Shown: positions 60,354 through 64,000 of the stretch, in pieces
How the letters are laid out: every line of letters starts with the position of its first letter
Position numbering within the stretch: position 1 is the first letter of the stretch
DNA from: Squalus acanthias
Taxonomy: Eukaryota
NCBI GenBank assembly: GCA_030390025.1
Contig: CM059432.1
Span: forward strand, 15,564,001 to 15,628,000
Direction: 5' to 3'
Length of the DNA: 64,000 bases
Program-made: the position numbers and the translations under genes
The notes under the pieces: generated by a model
The model's input: only the letters and a program-made list of their open reading frames with translations
Told to the model about the DNA's origin: nothing
Databases searched by the model: none

Positions 60354-61386
60354 CTTATGCTTAAGATCTTGGATTTCAAAACATCGCAGGAGTGATGGCC
60401 GACTGATTTTTTTTCCCACATTAATTATGAGGTGTTTTACATAGAAACATAGACATAGAACAGTACAGCACAGTACAGGCCCTTCGGCCCTTGATGTTGT
60501 GCCGAGCATTGTCCGAAACCAAGATCAAGCTATCCCACTCCCTATCATTCTGGTGTGCTCCATGTGCTTATCCAATAACCGCTTGAAAGTTCCTAAAGTG
60601 TCCGACTCCACTATCACAGCAGGCAGTCCATTCCACACCCCAACCACTCTCTGAGTAAAGAATCTACCTCGGACATCCCTTCTATATCTCCCCCCATGCA
60701 CCTTATAGTTATGCCCCCTTGTAACAGCTACCTCCACCCGAGGAAATAGTCTCTGAACATCCACTCTATCTATCCCCCTCATCATCTTATAAACCTCTAT
60801 TAAGTCGCCTCTCATCCTCCTCCGCTCTAAAGAGAAAAGCCCCAACTCCCTCAATCTTTCCTCATAAGACCTCCCCCCCAAACCAGGCAGCATCCTGGTA
60901 AATCTCCTTTGCACTCTTTCCAATGCTTCCACGTCCTTCCTATAGTGAGGTGACCAGAACTGCACACAATATTCCAAATGTGGTCTCACCAAGGTCCTGT
61001 ACAGTTGTAGCATAACCTCACGGTTCTTAAACTCAAACCCCTTGTTAATAAACGCTAACACACTATAGGCCTTCTTTACTGCTCTATCCACTTGAGTGGC
61101 AATGAGTGGATATGAACCCCCAGATCCCTCTGTTCCTCCACGTTCCTCAGAACCCTGCCATTGACCCTGTAATCCTTATTCAAATTTGCCCTACCAAAAT
61201 GAATCACCTCGCACTTATCAGGGTTAAATTCCATCTGCCATTTTTCGGCCCAGCTCTGCATCCTATCAATGTCTCTTTGCAGCCTACAACTGCCCTCCAC
61301 CTCATCCACTACTCCACCAATCTTGGTGTCATCAGCAAATTTACTGATCCACCCTTCAGTCCCCTCCTCCAAGTCATTGATAAAAA

Positions 61387-63438
61387 TCACAAACAGCAGA
61401 GGACCCAGCACCGACCCCTGTGGCGCACCGACCCCTGTGGCACACCGCTGGTAACTGGTCTCCAGTCCGAAAATTTTCCATCCAGCACCACCCTCTGCCT
61501 TCTATGAGATAGCCAGTTACTTATCCAATCGGCCAAATTTCCCTCTATCCCACAACTCCTTACTTTCTTCATGAGCCGACCATGGTGAACCTTATCAAAC
61601 GCCTTACTAAAATCCATGTATATGACATCAACTGCTCTACCTTCATCTACACACTTAGTTACCTCCTCAAAGAATTCAATCAAATTTGTTAGGCAAGACT
61701 TACCCTTCACGAATCCGTGTTGACTATCCCTGATTAAGTTGCCTCTTTCCAAATGTTCATAAATCCTATCCCTCAGGACCTTTTCCATTATCTTACCAAC
61801 CACCGAAGTAAGTCTAACCGGCCTATAATTACCAGGGTCATTCCTATTTCCTTTCTTGAAGAGAGGAACAACATTCGCCACTCTCCAGTCCTCTGGCACC
61901 ATCCCCGTGGACAGTGAGGACCCAAAGATCAAAGCCAAAGGCTCTGCAATCTCCTCCCTTGCCTCCCAAAGAATCCTAGGATATATCCCATCTGGCCCAG
62001 GGGACTTATCGACCCTCAGGTTCTTCAAAATTGCTAAAACATCTTCCCTCAGAACATCTACCTCCTCCAGCCTATCCACCTTTATCACACTCTCATCCTC
62101 AAAAACATGGCCCCTCTCCTCGGTGAACACTGACGAAAAGTATTCATTCATCACCTCTCCTATCTCTTCTGACTCCATGCACAAGTTCCCACTACTGTCC
62201 TTGACCGGCCCTACCCTCACCCTGGTCATTCTTTTATTTCTCACATAAGAGTAAAAAGCCTTGGGGTTTTTCTTGATCCGACCCGCCAAGGACTTCTCAT
62301 GCCCCCTCCTAGCTCTCCTAAGCTCTTTTTTTAGCTCATTCCTTGCTACCTTGTACCCCTCAATCGACCCAACTGAACCTTGTTTTCTCATCCTTACATA
62401 CGCTTCCTTTTTCCTCTTGACTAGACATTCAACCTCTTTTGTGAACCATGGTTCTCTCACTTGGCCATTTCCTCCCTGCCTGACAGGGACATACCTATCA
62501 AGGACACACAGTAATTGCTCCATGAAAAAGCTCCACTTTTCGTTTGTGCCTTTCCCTGATAGTTTCTGTTCCCATCTTATGCTCCCTAATTCTTGCCTAA
62601 TCGCATCATAATTACCCCTCCCCCAATTATAAACCCTGCCCTGCCGTATGGCCCTATCCCTCTCCATTGCAATAGTGAAAGTCACCGAATTGTGGTCGCT
62701 ATCTCCAAAGTGCTCTCCCACATACAAATCAAACACTTGGCCCGGTTCATTACCCAGTACCAAATCCAATGTGGCCCCACCTCTTGTCGGCCTATCCACA
62801 TATTGTGTCAGGAAACCCTCCTGCACACACTGTGCAAAAACTATCCCATCCGAACTGTTTGACCTATAAAGGTTCCAATCAATATTTGGAAAGTTGAAGT
62901 CACCCATGACAACTACTCTGTGACCTCCACACCTATTCATAATCTGCTTTGCAATTTCTTCCTCCACATCTCTATTACTATTTGGGGGCCTGTAGAAAAC
63001 TCCTAACAACGTGACCGCTCCTTTCCTATTTCTAACTTCAGCCCATATTACCTCAGACGGCAGATCCCCCTCGAACTGCCTTTCTGCCGCTGTTAAACTA
63101 TCCTTGATTAACAATGCTACTCCTCCACCTTTTTTACCACCTTCCCTACTCTTACTGAAACATCTATACCCCGGAACTTCCAACAACCATTCCTGTCCCT
63201 GTTCTAACCATGTCTCCGTAATGGCCACCACATCGTAGTCCCAAGTACCAATCCACGCTCCAAGTTCTCCTACCTTATTCCGGATGCTCCTTGCATTGAA
63301 GTAGACACACTTCAAGCCATCTTCCTGTCTGCTGGTACATTCCTGCGACCTTGATACCCTCCTCAGTACCTCCCTACACTCACCACTGGCTCCTGGACTA
63401 CAGCCCTTTTTCCCATCCCCCTGACAAATTAGTTTAAA
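61387..63438 (-). CDS. CR1 ORF2 (APE endonuclease plus N-terminal part of RT), no ATG before the APE domain
   Basis: YFNARS, ITETW, FYRPP, GDFN, SDHN, DKSPGPD, NYRPV, DFSKAFD, SGVPQGS. The start shown in the ORF track at 63549 is TTG. Confidence 0.85.
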   Translation of the reverse strand, partial: FKLICQGDGKKGCSPGASGECREVLRRVSRSQECTSRQEDGLKCVYFNARSIRNKVGELGAWIGTWDYDVVAITETWLEQGQEWLLEVPGYRCFSKSREGGKKGGGVALLIKDSLTAAERQFEGDLPSEVIWAEVRNRKGAVTLLGVFYRPPNSNRDVEEEIAKQIMNRCGGHRVVVMGDFNFPNIDWNLYRSNSSDGIVFAQCVQEGFLTQYVDRPTRGGATLDLVLGNEPGQVFDLYVGEHFGDSDHNSVTFTIAMERDRAIRQGRVYNWGRGNYDAIRQELGSIRWEQKLSGKGTNEKWSFFMEQLLCVLDRYVPVRQGGNGQVREPWFTKEVECLVKRKKEAYVRMRKQGSVGSIEGYKVARNELKKELRRARRGHEKSLAGRIKKNPKAFYSYVRNKRMTRVRVGPVKDSSGNLCMESEEIGEVMNEYFSSVFTEERGHVFEDESVIKVDRLEEVDVLREDVLAILKNLRVDKSPGPDGIYPRILWEAREEIAEPLALIFGSSLSTGMVPEDWRVANVVPLFKKGNRNDPGNYRPVRLTSVVGKIMEKVLRDRIYEHLERGNLIRDSQHGFVKGKSCLTNLIEFFEEVTKCVDEGRAVDVIYMDFSKAFDKVHHGRLMKKVRSCGIEGNLADWISNWLSHRRQRVVLDGKFSDWRPVTSGVPQGSVRHRGRCWVLCCL

Positions 63439-63968
63439 CCCTCCCGAAGAGCCGTAGCAAATTTCCCTCCCAGGATATTGGTGCTCCTCTGGTTCAGGTG
63501 CAAACCGTCCTGTTTGTACAGGTCCCACCTTCCCCAGAATGTGCTCCAATTATCCACATAACTGAAACTCTCCCCCCTACACCATCCCTGCAGCCACGTG
63601 TTTATCTGCACTCTCTCCCTGTTCCTCAACTCACTAGCACGTGGCACCGGCAACAAACCAGAAATTACAACATGGTTTGTACTGGCTCTCAGCTTCCAAC
63701 CTAGCTCCCTAAATTCCTGTTTTAAATCCCCGTTCCTTCTCCTACCTATGTCGTTGGTACCGACGTGTACCACGACTTGTGATTGTTCCCCCTCCCCCTT
63801 GAGGATTCTGAAAACACGGTCCGAGACGTCACGGACCCTGGCACCCGGGAGGCAACATACCATCCGTGAGTCTCCTTTGCTGCCACAGAACCTCCTATCT
63901 GTCCCTCTGACTATTGAGTCCCCAATAACTATTGCTCTCCTGCTCTCCCCCCTTCCCTTCTGAGCCAC
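63429..63968 (-). CDS. CR1 ORF1 SGNH/GDSL esterase domain (5'-truncated)
   Basis: VIGDSIVR (block I), LPGA, VHVGTND (block III), DGLHLN (block V). Confidence 0.88.
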   Translation of the reverse strand: MAQKGRGESRRAIVIGDSIVRGTDRRFCGSKGDSRMVCCLPGARVRDVSDRVFRILKGEGEQSQVVVHVGTNDIGRRRNGDLKQEFRELGWKLRASTNHVVISGLLPVPRASELRNRERVQINTWLQGWCRGESFSYVDNWSTFWGRWDLYKQDGLHLNQRSTNILGGKFATALREGLN

Positions 63969-64000
63969 AGGGATGTTAGAATATTTGGCGATAATGCCAT

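Larger units (their letters stand above)
60440..63972 (-). mobile_element. Young long CR1: partial ORF1 plus near-intact ORF2
   Basis: ORF2 is open from the ORF1 junction to about 61440. It is broken by a 17-bp tandem duplication (GCACCGACCCCTGTGGC, 61408-61441) and a small deletion near 61100. Confidence 0.95.

Overview
This is eukaryotic, repeat-dense vertebrate DNA. The repeat content (CR1, L2-group and RTE LINEs, Deu-domain SINEs, Penelope-like elements, PIF/Harbinger transposons) suggests a cartilaginous fish; that assignment is an inference. Most of the window is nested mobile elements: several CR1 families, two copies of a two-gene Harbinger transposon (spliced Myb/SANT gene plus DDE transposase) with MITEs, one RTE LINE, and two Penelope-like families carrying minimal hammerhead ribozymes. 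The best host-gene candidate is a signal-peptide first exon at 53792-53864 (+). Two observations stand out. (1) Three diverged CR1 families all end ORF1 with an in-phase U_UUA_AAC slippery heptamer, a stop codon and a G-rich tract, with ORF2 open in the -1 frame; two of them have no ATG ahead of the endonuclease. This suggests ORF2 is made by programmed -1 ribosomal frameshifting. (2) Five short Penelope-derived insertions have 11-14-bp target-site duplications; three are fold-back hairpins with exactly 13-bp duplications. Family names come from motif recognition, no searches were run, and boundaries not fixed by a TIR or TSD are approximate.
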